From an uncultured virus (IMG/VR IMGVR_UViG_2724679134_000002) (taxonomy: Duplodnaviria; Heunggongvirae; Uroviricota; Caudoviricetes), in the IMG/VR virus record IMGVR_UViG_2724679134_000002: a stretch of 20,000 bases of DNA. One strand, 5' to 3'. The first letter of the stretch is position 1. The number at the start of each line of letters is the position of its first letter. Of this stretch, positions 7,395 through 17,236 are shown piece after piece. The notes below the pieces were generated by a model that saw only the letters and a list, made by a program, of their open reading frames with translations, was not told the DNA's origin and ran no database searches. Position numbers and translations under genes: made by a program.

Positions 7395-8657
7395 TTGAAT
7401 GAACAAGAACTGATACAAGAAAAGGCAATATTAGTTGGCTGCCAACTGCCTCATATCTCAGACGAGCATTTTGACAATTCTCTTGCGGAGCTTGCCTCCC
7501 TTACGAAAACAGCAGAAGGGACGGTATTGACCAGTGTCACGCAAAAAAGAAACAGGGCTGACGCAGCCACTTATATAGGAAAGGGGAAAGTGGAAGAACT
7601 CAAAGCGTTGTGCGAAGAGCTGTCAGCAGATCTTTTGATTTTTAATGACGAGCTATCGCCAAGCCAATTAAAATCGCTGGCTACCGCCATTGAAGTGAAA
7701 ATCATTGACCGCACCCAATTAATACTGGATATTTTCGCAAAAAGGGCCAAAACAAGAGAAGGAAAACTTCAAATAGAATTAGCCCAGCTGCAATACGCGC
7801 TTCCAAGACTGAGCGGACAAGGTATTAATCTCTCCAGACAAGGAGGAGGCATCGGGGCAAGAGGGCCGGGTGAAACAAAGCTGGAAACAGACCGCCGTCA
7901 TATTAGAAATCGCATTCACGAAATAAACACCCAATTGACTGCGGTTACCCGACACAGAAGCCGATACCGGGATAGAAGAAAGAAAAACGGAGTCCTTCAG
8001 CTTGCTTTGGTCGGATATACCAACGCCGGAAAATCCACTTGGTTCAATCGTCTGACCAGCGCTGACAGCTATGAAGAGGATCTTTTGTTTGCGACGCTTG
8101 ATCCGATGACGAGAAAAATGGTGCTGCCAAGCGGCTACAGTGTGCTGCTGTCGGATACGGTAGGGTTTATACAAGATCTGCCGACGACATTAATTGCGGC
8201 ATTCAGATCGACGCTTGAGGAAGTGAAGGAAGCCGATGTTATTTTGCATGTCATTGATTCCTCAAACGAGGATTACACAGGCCATGAAAAAACCGTTATT
8301 CGGCTATTGGAGGAGCTCAAAGCAGACGATATTCCGATTCTGACAGCTTACAACAAACGAGACCAAAAACTGCCCGACTTCATCCCGTCAACCGGAAAAC
8401 ATCATATTATGCTCAGTGCCAGAATCGAAGATGATGCTGCGAGATTTAAAGAAAACATAGAAAAGTATTTGCGGGAAGAGCTTTTAACGTCGTATACGGC
8501 TAGAGTTCCGGCGGATGAAGGAAAGCTGATTGCCAGAATTAAATCAGAAACAATGGTTGAACGCACTCATTTTAATGAAGAAAATGAATGGTATGAAATC
8601 TCAGGATATGTACAAGCCGAACAAAATATATCAGGTGAACTGAAGAAGTACATGTAA
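7395..8657 (+). CDS. hflX: Ribosome-splitting GTPase HflX (YnbA)
   Basis: [18 protein letters not shown]1 [26 protein letters not shown]. Confidence 0.97.
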   Translation: MNEQELIQEKAILVGCQLPHISDEHFDNSLAELASLTKTAEGTVLTSVTQKRNRADAATYIGKGKVEELKALCEELSADLLIFNDELSPSQLKSLATAIEVKIIDRTQLILDIFAKRAKTREGKLQIELAQLQYALPRLSGQGINLSRQGGGIGARGPGETKLETDRRHIRNRIHEINTQLTAVTRHRSRYRDRRKKNGVLQLALVGYTNAGKSTWFNRLTSADSYEEDLLFATLDPMTRKMVLPSGYSVLLSDTVGFIQDLPTTLIAAFRSTLEEVKEADVILHVIDSSNEDYTGHEKTVIRLLEELKADDIPILTAYNKRDQKLPDFIPSTGKHHIMLSARIEDDAARFKENIEKYLREELLTSYTARVPADEGKLIARIKSETMVERTHFNEENEWYEISGYVQAEQNISGELKKYM

Positions 8658-8673
8658 GAAAGGAATACAGAAA

Positions 8674-9939
8674 ATGTTTGAAACACTAACGCACGGCGAA
8701 TTATTAAAAAAGACCGCTAAAGAAGTAGAAGCAGAAATTTCTGACGTTCATAAAAGAATTGAGGAGATCAGTGAGCGCAATGAATGGAGAGTGCTTCAAA
8801 GCTACAGAAAACATAAAGTGAGCGATACCCACTTTACGCCGTCTACCGGATACGGCTACGATGACATTGGAAGAGACACGCTGGAAAACATATACGCAGA
8901 TGTTTTTGGCGGAGAAGCGGGGTTGGTAAGACCGCAGATCATCTCAGGCACCCATGCCATTTCCATTGCGTTATTTGGAGTGCTAAGACCCGGAGATGAA
9001 TTGCTTTATATCACAGGAAAGCCTTATGACACGCTTGAAGAAATCGTCGGAGTCAGAGGGGGAGAAAATTCCGGCTCACTGAAGGATTTTCATATAGGAT
9101 ACAATGCAGTTGATCTGACCCAGGAGGGAAAAGTCGACTACGAAGGGGTAGCCGCAGCAATTAATGAAAATACGAAGGTGATAGGCATTCAGCGTTCTAA
9201 AGGCTATGCGAACCGGCCGTCTTTCCTCATTAAAGAGATTCAGGAAATGATCCGCTTTGTCAAAGAGATAAACGAAAATCTCATTGTGTTTGTGGACAAC
9301 TGCTACGGTGAATTTGCAGAGGAGCTTGAGCCTTGCCATGTGGGAGCCGATCTCATGGCGGGCTCGCTTATCAAAAATCCAGGCGGCGGACTTGCCAAGA
9401 CCGGAGGATACCTTGTCGGTAAAGCCAAATGGATAGAAGCCTGTTCGTACCGGATGACATCTCCAGGCATCGGCAGGGAAGCGGGCGCATCACTTTATTC
9501 ACTGCAGGAAATGTATCAGGGCTTTTTTCTTGCTCCGCATGTTGTCTCTCAAAGCTTAAAAGGCGCCGTATTTACCGCACGTTTTCTTGAAAAGCTCGGT
9601 TTTACATCTAATCCGCGCTGGGATGCGGGAAGAACGGACTTAATTCAAACCGTTGAGTTTTCGGATCGGGATAAAATGATTGCTTTTTGTCAGGCGATCC
9701 AATACGCGTCACCTATCAATGCCCACGTCACCCCGTATCCGAGCTATATGCCGGGGTACGAAGATGATGTCATCATGGCTGCCGGCACTTTTGTGCAAGG
9801 AGCGAGTATTGAATTATCAGCGGATGGACCCATCAGGCCGCCATATGTCGCATACGTTCAGGGAGGATTAACTTACTCCCACGTGAAAAACGCCATTTGC
9901 AGTGCGGTGAATGCATTGATGGAAAAGCAATTAATTTAA
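8674..9939 (+). CDS. ynbB: YnbB, PLP-dependent methionine gamma-lyase-like (aluminium resistance family) protein
   Basis: GYGYDDIGRD, SGTHAI, FVDNCYGEF, GSLIKNPGGG; synteny between hflX and glnR. Confidence 0.93.
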   Translation: MFETLTHGELLKKTAKEVEAEISDVHKRIEEISERNEWRVLQSYRKHKVSDTHFTPSTGYGYDDIGRDTLENIYADVFGGEAGLVRPQIISGTHAISIALFGVLRPGDELLYITGKPYDTLEEIVGVRGGENSGSLKDFHIGYNAVDLTQEGKVDYEGVAAAINENTKVIGIQRSKGYANRPSFLIKEIQEMIRFVKEINENLIVFVDNCYGEFAEELEPCHVGADLMAGSLIKNPGGGLAKTGGYLVGKAKWIEACSYRMTSPGIGREAGASLYSLQEMYQGFFLAPHVVSQSLKGAVFTARFLEKLGFTSNPRWDAGRTDLIQTVEFSDRDKMIAFCQAIQYASPINAHVTPYPSYMPGYEDDVIMAAGTFVQGASIELSADGPIRPPYVAYVQGGLTYSHVKNAICSAVNALMEKQLI

Positions 9940-9966
9940 ATAGTTTAAAATTTTCAATGAATTCGA

Positions 9967-10017
9967 TGTTAAGAATCCTTACATCGTGTTGACACATTAT
10001 ATTACATGACCTATAAT
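9967..10017 (+). promoter_or_regulatory. glnRA promoter with GlnR/TnrA operator
   Basis: TGTTA-N7-TTACA at 9967-9983; -35 TTGACA 9989-9994, 17-nt spacer, -10 TATAAT 10012-10017; second partial operator ending TTACA at 10002-10006. Confidence 0.93.
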
Positions 10018-10048
10018 AAAACTAAGTTAAGAAGAGGAGGAAATTGAG

Positions 10049-10456
10049 ATGAGTGATAACATTCGCCGCTCAATGCCTTTATTTCCAATAGGAATTGTCA
10101 TGCAGTTAACAGAGTTATCTGCACGCCAAATTCGATATTATGAGGAAAATGGACTGATATTTCCGGCACGAAGCGAAGGGAATAGACGATTATTTTCTTT
10201 CCATGATGTAGATAAACTGTTAGAGATTAAGCACCTGATTGAACAAGGTGTGAATATGGCAGGGATCAAACAAATTCTGGCAAAGGCATCGGCTGAAGCA
10301 GAAGAGAAGCAAGATGAGAAAACGAAAAAACCGATGAAGCACGATCTGTCTGACGACGAGTTGAGAAAGCTTCTGAAAAATGAGCTCTTACAGGCAGGGC
10401 GTTTCCAGCGGGGGAATACATTCCGTCAGGGTGATATGTCCCGATTCTTTCATTAA
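10049..10456 (+). CDS. glnR: MerR-family nitrogen regulator GlnR
   Basis: [32 protein letters not shown]...GDMSRFFH. Confidence 0.98.
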   Translation: MSDNIRRSMPLFPIGIVMQLTELSARQIRYYEENGLIFPARSEGNRRLFSFHDVDKLLEIKHLIEQGVNMAGIKQILAKASAEAEEKQDEKTKKPMKHDLSDDELRKLLKNELLQAGRFQRGNTFRQGDMSRFFH

Positions 10457-10513
10457 TCCGTTAGCAACTGTTTTGCTATATACATTTACCTTTTAGAGGA
10501 GGAGTTTTACGAA

Positions 10514-11848
10514 ATGGCAAAGTACACAAGAGAAGATATCGTAAAATTAGTAAATGAGGAAAACGTTAAGTATATCCGTCTTCAATTTACAGACATTCTT
10601 GGAACAATCAAAAACGTTGAAATTCCTGTGAGCCAGCTTGAAAAAGCACTGGATAATAAATGCATGTTTGACGGTTCTTCAATTGAAGGTTTTGTTCGTA
10701 TCGAAGAATCTGACATGTATTTGTATCCTGATCTAAATACATTTGTTATCTTCCCATGGACAGCTGAAAAAGGTAAAGTAGCACGTTTCATCTGTGACAT
10801 TTACAATCCGGATGGAACGCCATTCGATGGTGATCCTCGAAACAATTTAAAACGGATTTTGAAAGAAATGAAAGATCTTGGATTTAGTGATTTCAATCTC
10901 GGACCAGAGCCTGAATTTTTCTTATTTAAATTAGATGAAAAAGGCGAACCTACTTTAGAATTAAACGACAAAGGCGGATACTTCGACTTGGCGCCGACAG
11001 ACCTTGGCGAAAACTGCCGCCGCGATATCGTTCTTGAACTTGAAGAAATGGGCTTTGAAATCGAAGCATCCCACCACGAAGTTGCCCCGGGGCAGCACGA
11101 AATTGATTTCAAATACGCTGGAGCGATCCGTTCTTGCGACGACATTCAGACTTTTAAACTAGTTGTAAAAACAATCGCCCGTAAGCACGGTCTGCATGCG
11201 ACATTCATGCCGAAACCATTGTTCGGCGTAAACGGTTCTGGTATGCACTGCAATCTATCACTCTTCAAAGATGGCGTTAACTCATTCTATGACAAAAATG
11301 CTGACCTTGAATTGAGCGAAACAGCGAAACACTTTATTGCAGGAATTGTGAAGCACGCAACAAGTTTCACTGCGGTCACAAACCCGACAGTAAACTCTTA
11401 CAAACGTCTTGTGCCTGGTTATGAAGCCCCTTGCTACGTTGCATGGAGCGCACAAAACAGAAGCCCGTTAATCCGCATCCCGGCTTCCCGCGGTATCAGC
11501 ACACGAGTTGAAGTGCGAAGCGTTGATCCGGCTGCGAACCCATACCTTGCACTAAGCGTATTGCTTGCTGCTGGTCTTGACGGAATCAAAAACAAACTTG
11601 AAGCACCGGCGCCGATTGACCGCAACATTTATGTCATGAGTAAAGAAGAACGCCTGGAAAACGGAATCGTAGACCTTCCGGCAACTCTTGCAGAAGCTCT
11701 AGACGAATTCAAATCAAACGAAGTCATGGTAAAAGCTCTCGGAGAGCATTTATTCGAGCACTTCATCGAAGCAAAAGAAATCGAGTGGGATATGTTCAGA
11801 ACGCAAGTCCATCCTTGGGAGCGCGAACAGTATATGTCTCAGTATTAA
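10514..11848 (+). CDS. glnA: Glutamine synthetase type I
   Basis: [47 protein letters not shown]; 444 aa. Confidence 0.99.
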   Translation: MAKYTREDIVKLVNEENVKYIRLQFTDILGTIKNVEIPVSQLEKALDNKCMFDGSSIEGFVRIEESDMYLYPDLNTFVIFPWTAEKGKVARFICDIYNPDGTPFDGDPRNNLKRILKEMKDLGFSDFNLGPEPEFFLFKLDEKGEPTLELNDKGGYFDLAPTDLGENCRRDIVLELEEMGFEIEASHHEVAPGQHEIDFKYAGAIRSCDDIQTFKLVVKTIARKHGLHATFMPKPLFGVNGSGMHCNLSLFKDGVNSFYDKNADLELSETAKHFIAGIVKHATSFTAVTNPTVNSYKRLVPGYEAPCYVAWSAQNRSPLIRIPASRGISTRVEVRSVDPAANPYLALSVLLAAGLDGIKNKLEAPAPIDRNIYVMSKEERLENGIVDLPATLAEALDEFKSNEVMVKALGEHLFEHFIEAKEIEWDMFRTQVHPWEREQYMSQY

Positions 11849-11887
11849 TCTCTCAATCCCTTGGCACTATTGGTGTCAGGGGATTTT
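11796..11887 (+). repeat. Left att direct repeat (glnA 3' end plus terminator), 92 bp
   Basis: Identical to 17340-17431 except one base (aatctCtcaa vs aatctTtcaa). Confidence 0.95.
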
Positions 11888-11889
11888 TT
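11855..11889 (+). terminator. glnA intrinsic terminator
   Basis: AATCCCTTGGCAC-tattg-GTGTCAGGGGATT followed by a T-run. Confidence 0.85.
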
Positions 11890-11930
11890 GATTATTTAAC
11901 AATTTTAATAACTTAATATAAATCATACAC

Positions 11931-11951
11931 CACCCACAAAACACCCACAAA
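11931..11951 (+). repeat. CACCCACA tandem (candidate integrase arm-type sites), left end
   Basis: cacccacaaaacacccacaaa, identical over 21 bp to 17216-17236. Confidence 0.7.
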
Positions 11952-11965
11952 AAAACAATAAAAAA

Positions 11966-12498
11966 TTACTCCATAATTGTGGAGATATAATCTTCGTACT
12001 TATTCATTGAATCCCTATCAATCTTTTTGCTGATGTGTGAGTAAATATCTGACGTAACTTGAATACTTTTATGACCCAGTCGTTCTTGTATCATATTTCA
12101 TTGAAGCACCTGACCCAAGCAGCAAAACGGCATGTGTGTCACGAAGGGCATGAATAGGGAGTTTCTCTAGACCAACTTTATTTAGTATCTCGGACAAAAG
12201 CATTAAACAAGGACGATTTAGGTAAATGTGAACCATCTTTGCGAGTGAAGACTAAGTTAAGGTCATGGTGATAGATCTCATTAAGCTGAATTTTATCTTC
12301 GTTTTGTCGTTTTCTTAGTTCGTGAAGTTCATTAACCAACCTTTGATCAATAGTAATAATACACCTGGATGTATAAGTCTTAGGGTCACCAAATAATTCA
12401 TCTTTTGAAGCTGCTTTAAAATCTAGAGTTTTAGAAATTGAGATGGTTTTATTTTTTAAATCAATATCTGACCACTGTAAAGCAGCAGCCTCGCCTTT
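11966..12498 (-). pseudogene. Tyrosine integrase C-terminal remnant (two frameshifts, N-terminus deleted)
   Basis: GEAAALQWSDID...PKT..S; other frames give KVGLEKLPIHALRDTHA and IQERLGHKSIQVTSDIYSH...*, i.e. HxxR, LGH and the catalytic Tyr motifs. Confidence 0.9.
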
Positions 12499-12910
12499 TA
12501 TTAATAAGCACAATCAAAGAAACGAATTTCTAAAAGCCAAAAAGAGAATGTTAAGGTTATTAAAATATACGCAGAATATGTTTACAGAGGAATTGATAGG
12601 AGAGTATAGAAAACCTTATGTTTTATCTAATAATTTTTCTCTTGCTAAACTGATCGCTACTAATACAAATTTAATTTATGATGACCGATGGCCGGACTAT
12701 ATTCCCTCACTAGATAAATTTTTAGACGATAAAAAAGTTAATGATATCATAAAATGGCTAAGGAGCATTGATGCGTTCTTAATAAGGGTTGAACAGGAGT
12801 TTGCCATGATAGTGCCTTCAAATAGAAAGATTATATATGATGAAATTTTGCATGAACTCAGCAAGTTATCACCTGAAATAGAAACTACAATTAAGTCTCT
12901 TGAAACTTAG
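12499..12910 (+). pseudogene. 5'-truncated hypothetical gene fused by deletion to the integrase relic
   Basis: Coherent AT-rich frame NKHNQRNEFLKAKKR...IKSLET*; its nominal start (12443) is antisense integrase DNA with no RBS. Confidence 0.55.
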
Positions 12911-12996
12911 GATAGTTGTAAATCGTTTGTTAAATTTTGTGATATATTACATTTTTGTGCTCCTTTACCGATACTAAAGGTAAGGGGGTGATATGT

Positions 12997-13221
12997 GTGA
13001 ATCTTACTCAAGTTAACAATTCAGAATATGAGCATCAAGGGTATGGAGCCGGAAGTGGCGACGTGATAAGAGAAGAATATAAATGCCCTTGTGGAAGTGG
13101 ACGAGTAGTTTACGAAAAAGAAAACATTCCCGGTTTCAGAAGTACCGAGATAGATTGTTATTGCAAGCAATGTAATGAGAAATACGATTTCGGTAGAGGA
13201 ACGGCAACATTAAAAAAATAA
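12997..13221 (+). CDS. Small Cys-rich (zinc-binding-like) phage protein, 74 aa
   Basis: RBS AAGGGGGTG and GTG start; CPCG...CYCKQC motifs; followed by a terminator at ~13238-13262. Confidence 0.7.
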   Translation: MNLTQVNNSEYEHQGYGAGSGDVIREEYKCPCGSGRVVYEKENIPGFRSTEIDCYCKQCNEKYDFGRGTATLKK

Positions 13222-13377
13222 TTATTAGTTTGAATTGCGCTCCTTCTGGGGTGCTTTTTTATATTCTCTGTAAACTGTTTACGGTAAATCGTTCGACAAA
13301 TTTTGCAAAATGTTTTGTTATTCTTTAATTTCATAGATAATAAGAAAAGATGTTTTTGTGGAACGAAAGGAGATAGT

Positions 13378-14025
13378 ATGTTGTTAGTATCTTTTCTAGA
13401 TGGAATAAAAAACTTTGGCTTGGTTATACTCTCACTTTGTACGGTGTTATATGCAAGAAAAACGTATCTAGCTACTAATACACCCAGAATTATAGTAAAA
13501 AGCACAAAATATTCTTCGACAAGAGATAAAGGTGATACCTTAGTTTTTCACATGAATAATTTTGGAAAAGGTATAGCTGTAAAGACTTATCTGATTCTAG
13601 AATCTAAGGATGGTTCTGAAGTAACTAATTATTTATCGAAGCCTGAAGTAACAATTGAAACTGATGAAGAAAGAGAAATTCGATTTAATTTTTCTGAAAA
13701 TTGAATTTTATATTTTAAGAACTTAACAGGTTTTATTTTCTCACAGGATTTTTCTGGTAGATTTTATTATGTTAAATTAGATTTAAGCCAAAGTTTTAGT
13801 AATCAACACCTTAAAGAATTCGATAAATCTGTGCGTCCTATAAATCGTTTTGCTAATCCTTTGAAATTTAGAAAAATGAAAACTTCAATGAAACGAGCAA
13901 TAGAACAAAGAAATACCTATGTAGATGAGGTGGAAAGAGCACATGAGAAATTACATTCAGCTGTAAATGATGAACAATTCTTAAAACAATTAGAACAGCT
14001 CGAAAAGGATAGCAAGACTATTTAA
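13378..14025 (+). pseudogene. N-terminally membrane-anchored protein (~215 codons) interrupted by one in-frame TGA
   Basis: RBS GAAAGGAGA and ATG 13378. ORFs 13378-13704 and 13831-14025 are in the same frame with no stop between them other than TGA 13702-13704. Confidence 0.75.
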
Positions 14026-14039
14026 ATAATTTAGTAGTT

Positions 14040-14064
14040 AAAAGCACCTACAGGTGCTTTTTTA
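14040..14064 (+). terminator. Intrinsic terminator
   Basis: AAAAGCACCT-ac-AGGTGCTTTTTT. Confidence 0.75.
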
Positions 14065-14270
14065 TATTGTTGAAGGTTTATTTGCCTTAAAACACGTGTC
14101 ATATTGTGACACAAATATTTTGCACGATATGAATTTAATTTAAATCTTGGGGCTCATAGTAATTAGTCGCCTTTAAAATGAACATAAACAAATTTATATC
14201 TTAAGCAAATAAATGAATATTAAACCATTCAAAGAGCTCAACTCTTTGTTAAAACAAAGGATGAATTTTT

Positions 14271-14623
14271 ATGCCCCCAAGGTCTTTAAGAATATGCGCC
14301 GCCCCTGGGTGCCCCAGCCTCACACGTAGCCGGTACTGCGATACACACAAGACACAGCAAAAAGAAGAAACAAAACATTACAACAAACATTCAAGAAACA
14401 AAACAATAACAAGTTTTTATAAATCAACACATTGGAAACGAACAAGACAACTTGCTTTGATAAGAGACAATTATCTTTGTCAGCATTGTTTGAAAGATCA
14501 TTGCTTCACTCCGGCTGACATGGTGCATCATATTGTGGAAGTAAAAGAAGATTAGACTTAGACAATCTTGTAAGCCTTTGTAACGCCTGTCACAACAAGG
14601 TTCACGGCAGCAAGGGCAAATGA
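14271..14623 (+). pseudogene. Phage packaging-associated HNH endonuclease (gp74-like), frameshifted
   Basis: CAAPGC..YCDTH, FYKSTHWKRTR, RDNYLCQHC, VHHIVEVKED; continues in another frame as LDLDNLVSLCNACHNKVHG*. Confidence 0.85.
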
Positions 14624-14836
14624 CCCTTCCCCCCTATCCAAATCTCTGGAAAGGAAACGTGGAGACGGAGCCCCCTCTTCTGTAAACAAACACCGCTTTT
14701 CAAAGTTCCGGAAAAACAAAATACCCTCCCGGCAAATTCACCGAGAGGGCTTGGTACGACTGGTTTTGTTGTTGATTTCATCGTATCACGGTTTAAGAAA
14801 AAAACAAGCAAAAAATGATAGAAATGAGGTGAGAAC

Positions 14837-14870
14837 ATGCCGAGAGCTGCAAAATTCGCGACGCTTCAAT
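14837..14870 (+). pseudogene. N-terminal stub of a P27-family terminase small subunit
   Basis: RBS GAGGTG and MPRAAKFATLQ, at the expected position after the HNH gene and a GC-rich cos-like intergenic region. Confidence 0.5.
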
Positions 14871-14911
14871 CTCCAAGGTAAGCGTATACGAATAGGTGTA
14901 TTAGTTCGTTA

Positions 14912-15577
14912 TCACCAATTTAAATTAATATCAAATTCTTTTACATTTGAAGTAACATTTTTGTCTGGCCAATAATCCCACTTAATTCTCACTGATTTGA
15001 TATCATTGGGATCGCTTAATTTTTTAACCGGATAAAGGACATAACCTTCTTTTTTTGCACCAGACATAATTTCTCCGCCAATATCTTCACTGAGTGATAA
15101 ACTGGCATCTATTTGTTCCTTAGTGTTGGTGAGAAGTGTCCCTTGATTTGGAAATGTTGAGATATCCTTATTGCTTTCATTATCAATGACAAAGTGCACT
15201 CCAATAGCCCCTTCAGCACCGGATTCCATTTGTTGCTTTACGACACTAACTTGATCAATCTTAAACGTTGTGCCATGGACTTGCTCTGACCAGTTTACTT
15301 TATGGTGAGCAGCTGATTCATCATTGTTTTGATCTGATTCTTCTTGATTATTAGAGTCGCTTGGCTCAACACTTGTTGATGAAACAGGTAGTTCTTCCGT
15401 GTCATCTGTCCCTTCAACTGGTTTAGACATGTAAGAAAAACCAATGATACCGAAAATTAAAGTTATTGGGACTAACCAATAGCCTTTTTTTCTTCTCTTG
15501 CGAAAAAATAAATAAATTAAACCGATTACAAAACCTATTGTCGAAAAGATTGTTAGAAATCCCATAAATAAGACCAT
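14912..15577 (-). CDS. Membrane-anchored extracellular protein, DUF4352-like Ig fold
   Basis: Two N-terminal TM helices around RKRRKK, an acidic Ser-rich linker, then a beta-rich domain (GVHFVIDNES...GEIMSGAKKEGYVLY); RBS AGGGGG. Confidence 0.7.
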   Translation of the reverse strand: MVLFMGFLTIFSTIGFVIGLIYLFFRKRRKKGYWLVPITLIFGIIGFSYMSKPVEGTDDTEELPVSSTSVEPSDSNNQEESDQNNDESAAHHKVNWSEQVHGTTFKIDQVSVVKQQMESGAEGAIGVHFVIDNESNKDISTFPNQGTLLTNTKEQIDASLSLSEDIGGEIMSGAKKEGYVLYPVKKLSDPNDIKSVRIKWDYWPDKNVTSNVKEFDINLNW

Positions 15578-15687
15578 AATACCCCCCTAAATTTAGACGA
15601 TAATTCCATTTTAAAAGAGCTTACACTCATTATCTATAGTTAATTTCGAAGCAAGGTAACCATCTATGATCACTTATCAAGGTTTAC

Positions 15688-15786
15688 GAGACTGTGAAAA
15701 ATGCTTCCAATCCACGGCACGAGCTGACAGCGGAGGGCATTTACGGACCGAAGACGAAAGCGAAACTGGAAGCATTGTTGGAGTAA
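15688..15786 (+). pseudogene. Endolysin C-terminal peptidoglycan-binding domain remnant
   Basis: ...HELTAEGIYGPKTKAKLEALLE*, followed by the hairpin ATCCCCTTGAA-ata-TTCAAGGGGAT. Confidence 0.75.
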
Positions 15787-15852
15787 ACAAAATAATCCCC
15801 TTGAAATATTCAAGGGGATGCTTGTATTTATTTCAGGTACAGGGTATGTATA

Positions 15853-16410
15853 TTAAAGATACCCTAGACTTTTACAAACTTTTTTTGCAATACCATTATT
15901 AGTCGAGTGGCACCAACCAATTGCACCCAATCTATAAATATCATGTAGTACATCATTAGCAAAATTTAAACCTATAAAAGCAACTAAGGCTAAATAAAGA
16001 GTTCTAGCCATAGGATCTTTTTCTTTAAGAACACTAAAATCTCCTTGCAGTTGCTTTGAGCCAGTCTCAATTTCACTATCTTTAATGTTGTAGAATTGCT
16101 CTAAAACATTAGAGTCTAAATTCTTAACGTTATCAATAACATCTTGTTCAAGCCCTACTTTTTTGGCTTTGGATTCATCGAATGAATATTTACCGTCTTT
16201 TACGATGATTGACTCTTTAATTGTCTTTAAAGTCTGTTTAACTTCATCAGGGTTCAAATTTTCAACAGCTGATTTGACAAAGATATTACCATTCGGGCTT
16301 ACTTCTTTAGCAGAAGCAGCAGGTGTGTTCGCTCCCATAAATATTGTCGCAAATACAAGAGTGAAAACAGAGATTCCCAAAATCATAGTTACAAATTTTG
16401 ATCTTTTCAT
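15853..16410 (-). CDS. Secreted protein (185 aa) with a hydrophobic/cationic two-Cys C-terminus; candidate pre-pro-antimicrobial peptide
   Basis: Sec signal peptide ending ASA-KE; RBS AAGGAGG; C-terminus TLYLALVAFIGLNFANDVLHDIYRLGAIGWC...KKVCKSLGYL. Confidence 0.7.
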   Translation of the reverse strand: MKRSKFVTMILGISVFTLVFATIFMGANTPAASAKEVSPNGNIFVKSAVENLNPDEVKQTLKTIKESIIVKDGKYSFDESKAKKVGLEQDVIDNVKNLDSNVLEQFYNIKDSEIETGSKQLQGDFSVLKEKDPMARTLYLALVAFIGLNFANDVLHDIYRLGAIGWCHSTNNGIAKKVCKSLGYL

Positions 16411-16444
16411 GTTGGTTCTCCTCCTTGTAATTTTATACAGTTCG

Positions 16445-16473
16445 ATTCTAAGTCAACATACAAATATTGTCAA
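16445..16473 (-). promoter_or_regulatory. Near-consensus sigmaA promoter for 15853-16410
   Basis: Minus strand TTGACA-17 nt-TAGAAT, ~35 nt upstream of the ATG. Confidence 0.8.
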
Positions 16474-16476
16474 TTA

Positions 16477-16614
16477 TCAATGTTTTGTATTTTCTTTTTT
16501 TAAGATCTTTATAATTTTAAGGATACAAAATAACGAAATCAAAATTGCAACAACAGCAATACCAAATAACACTAATCCGGCGATGATAAATCCTTTAACT
16601 TCTTCGCTTGTCAT
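16477..16614 (-). CDS. Single-TM small protein (45 aa)
   Basis: RBS GGGAGTG and ATG 16614; MTSEEVKGFIIAGLVLFGIAVVAILISLFCILKIIKILKKENTKH. Confidence 0.6.
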   Translation of the reverse strand: MTSEEVKGFIIAGLVLFGIAVVAILISLFCILKIIKILKKENTKH

Positions 16615-16786
16615 GTTATCACTCCCATAAAGAATAATCTCCCACAAGTTTGAAGCAATAGATTTTTTTAGTCTATAGGCAAAAGTTACTCTCTTGTAAA
16701 ATGGTACGAATATAACCGGAAAATAAAGAAATACACTTAAAAAATACACATAAAAAAATAAAGCCCTACTCAATGAGCAGGACTTT

Positions 16787-16975
16787 TTAAATAAGCCAGA
16801 TTTGATTTTCTTTATTCCAAGTGAGCTCACCATTTCTTATCAGATTTTTTGTGGCTTCCCGTATCTCTTTTTCAGTTTTGCCTGTCTTCCTTTTCAGATC
16901 GCCCATAGTAGGGTTTTTTCCGTACAAGCTCATGTTTAAAATGATCTGGTATAATTTCCGTTCAAAGTCTGTCAT
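16787..16975 (-). CDS. Small winged-HTH-like phage protein (62 aa)
   Basis: ERKLYQII...NPTMGDLKRKTGK...IREATKNLIRNGELTW resembles a wHTH; RBS AGGTG. Confidence 0.65.
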   Translation of the reverse strand: MTDFERKLYQIILNMSLYGKNPTMGDLKRKTGKTEKEIREATKNLIRNGELTWNKENQIWLI

Positions 16976-16983
16976 TACTTCAC

Positions 16984-17136
16984 CTACTTGAACAACTTAC
17001 CCATTAGTTTCCCAGTGGCTTTGCCGTCAGCACGGCGGGCGATCCTTTTGCCAATCGTTCCATTTTTCGCTGCGTTCACGTCTCCTAAAATCCTAGCCGA
17101 CTTATACAGTGCTGATCTTACTTTATTTATATTCAA
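16984..17136 (-). CDS. Small very basic protein (~50 aa)
   Basis: (M)NINKVRSALYKSARILGDVNAAKNGTIGKRIARRADGKATGKLMGKLFK; TTG 17136 after AAAGGGA (alternative ATG 17145). Confidence 0.6.
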   Translation of the reverse strand: MNINKVRSALYKSARILGDVNAAKNGTIGKRIARRADGKATGKLMGKLFK

Positions 17137-17203
17137 TGTCACCATTCCCTTTATATGTATATCTTTAGATTGCAATAAAAATCTAAAAATGAATAGATGT
17201 GGG

Positions 17204-17236
17204 CACCCACATAGACACCCACAAAACACCCACAAA
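17204..17236 (+). repeat. Three CACCCACA copies (candidate arm-type sites), right end
   Basis: Copies at 17204, 17216 and 17227, plus a partial inverted copy ATGTGGG at 17197. Confidence 0.7.

Noticed and set aside
7779..11628. Antisense or alternate-frame ORFs inside hflX, ynbB and glnA (7779-8174, 9076-9339, 9680-9871, 10582-10800, 10801-11145, 11434-11628)
   Set aside because: Shadows of conserved core genes with no RBS or motifs.
13702..13760. Selenocysteine recoding of the in-frame TGA
   Set aside because: Downstream sequence is AT-rich with no evident SECIS hairpin, there is no redox motif, and Sec machinery is not expected in this group.
14096..14112. GTGTCA-tattg-TGACAC palindrome as a TnrA/GlnR box
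   Set aside because: The spacer is 5 nt rather than the required 7; single copy with no clear target.
11931..17236. CACCCACA repeats or the 92-bp repeat as a CRISPR array or tRNA
   Set aside because: No regular repeat-spacer periodicity, no cas genes and no cloverleaf; explained as att and arm-type sites.
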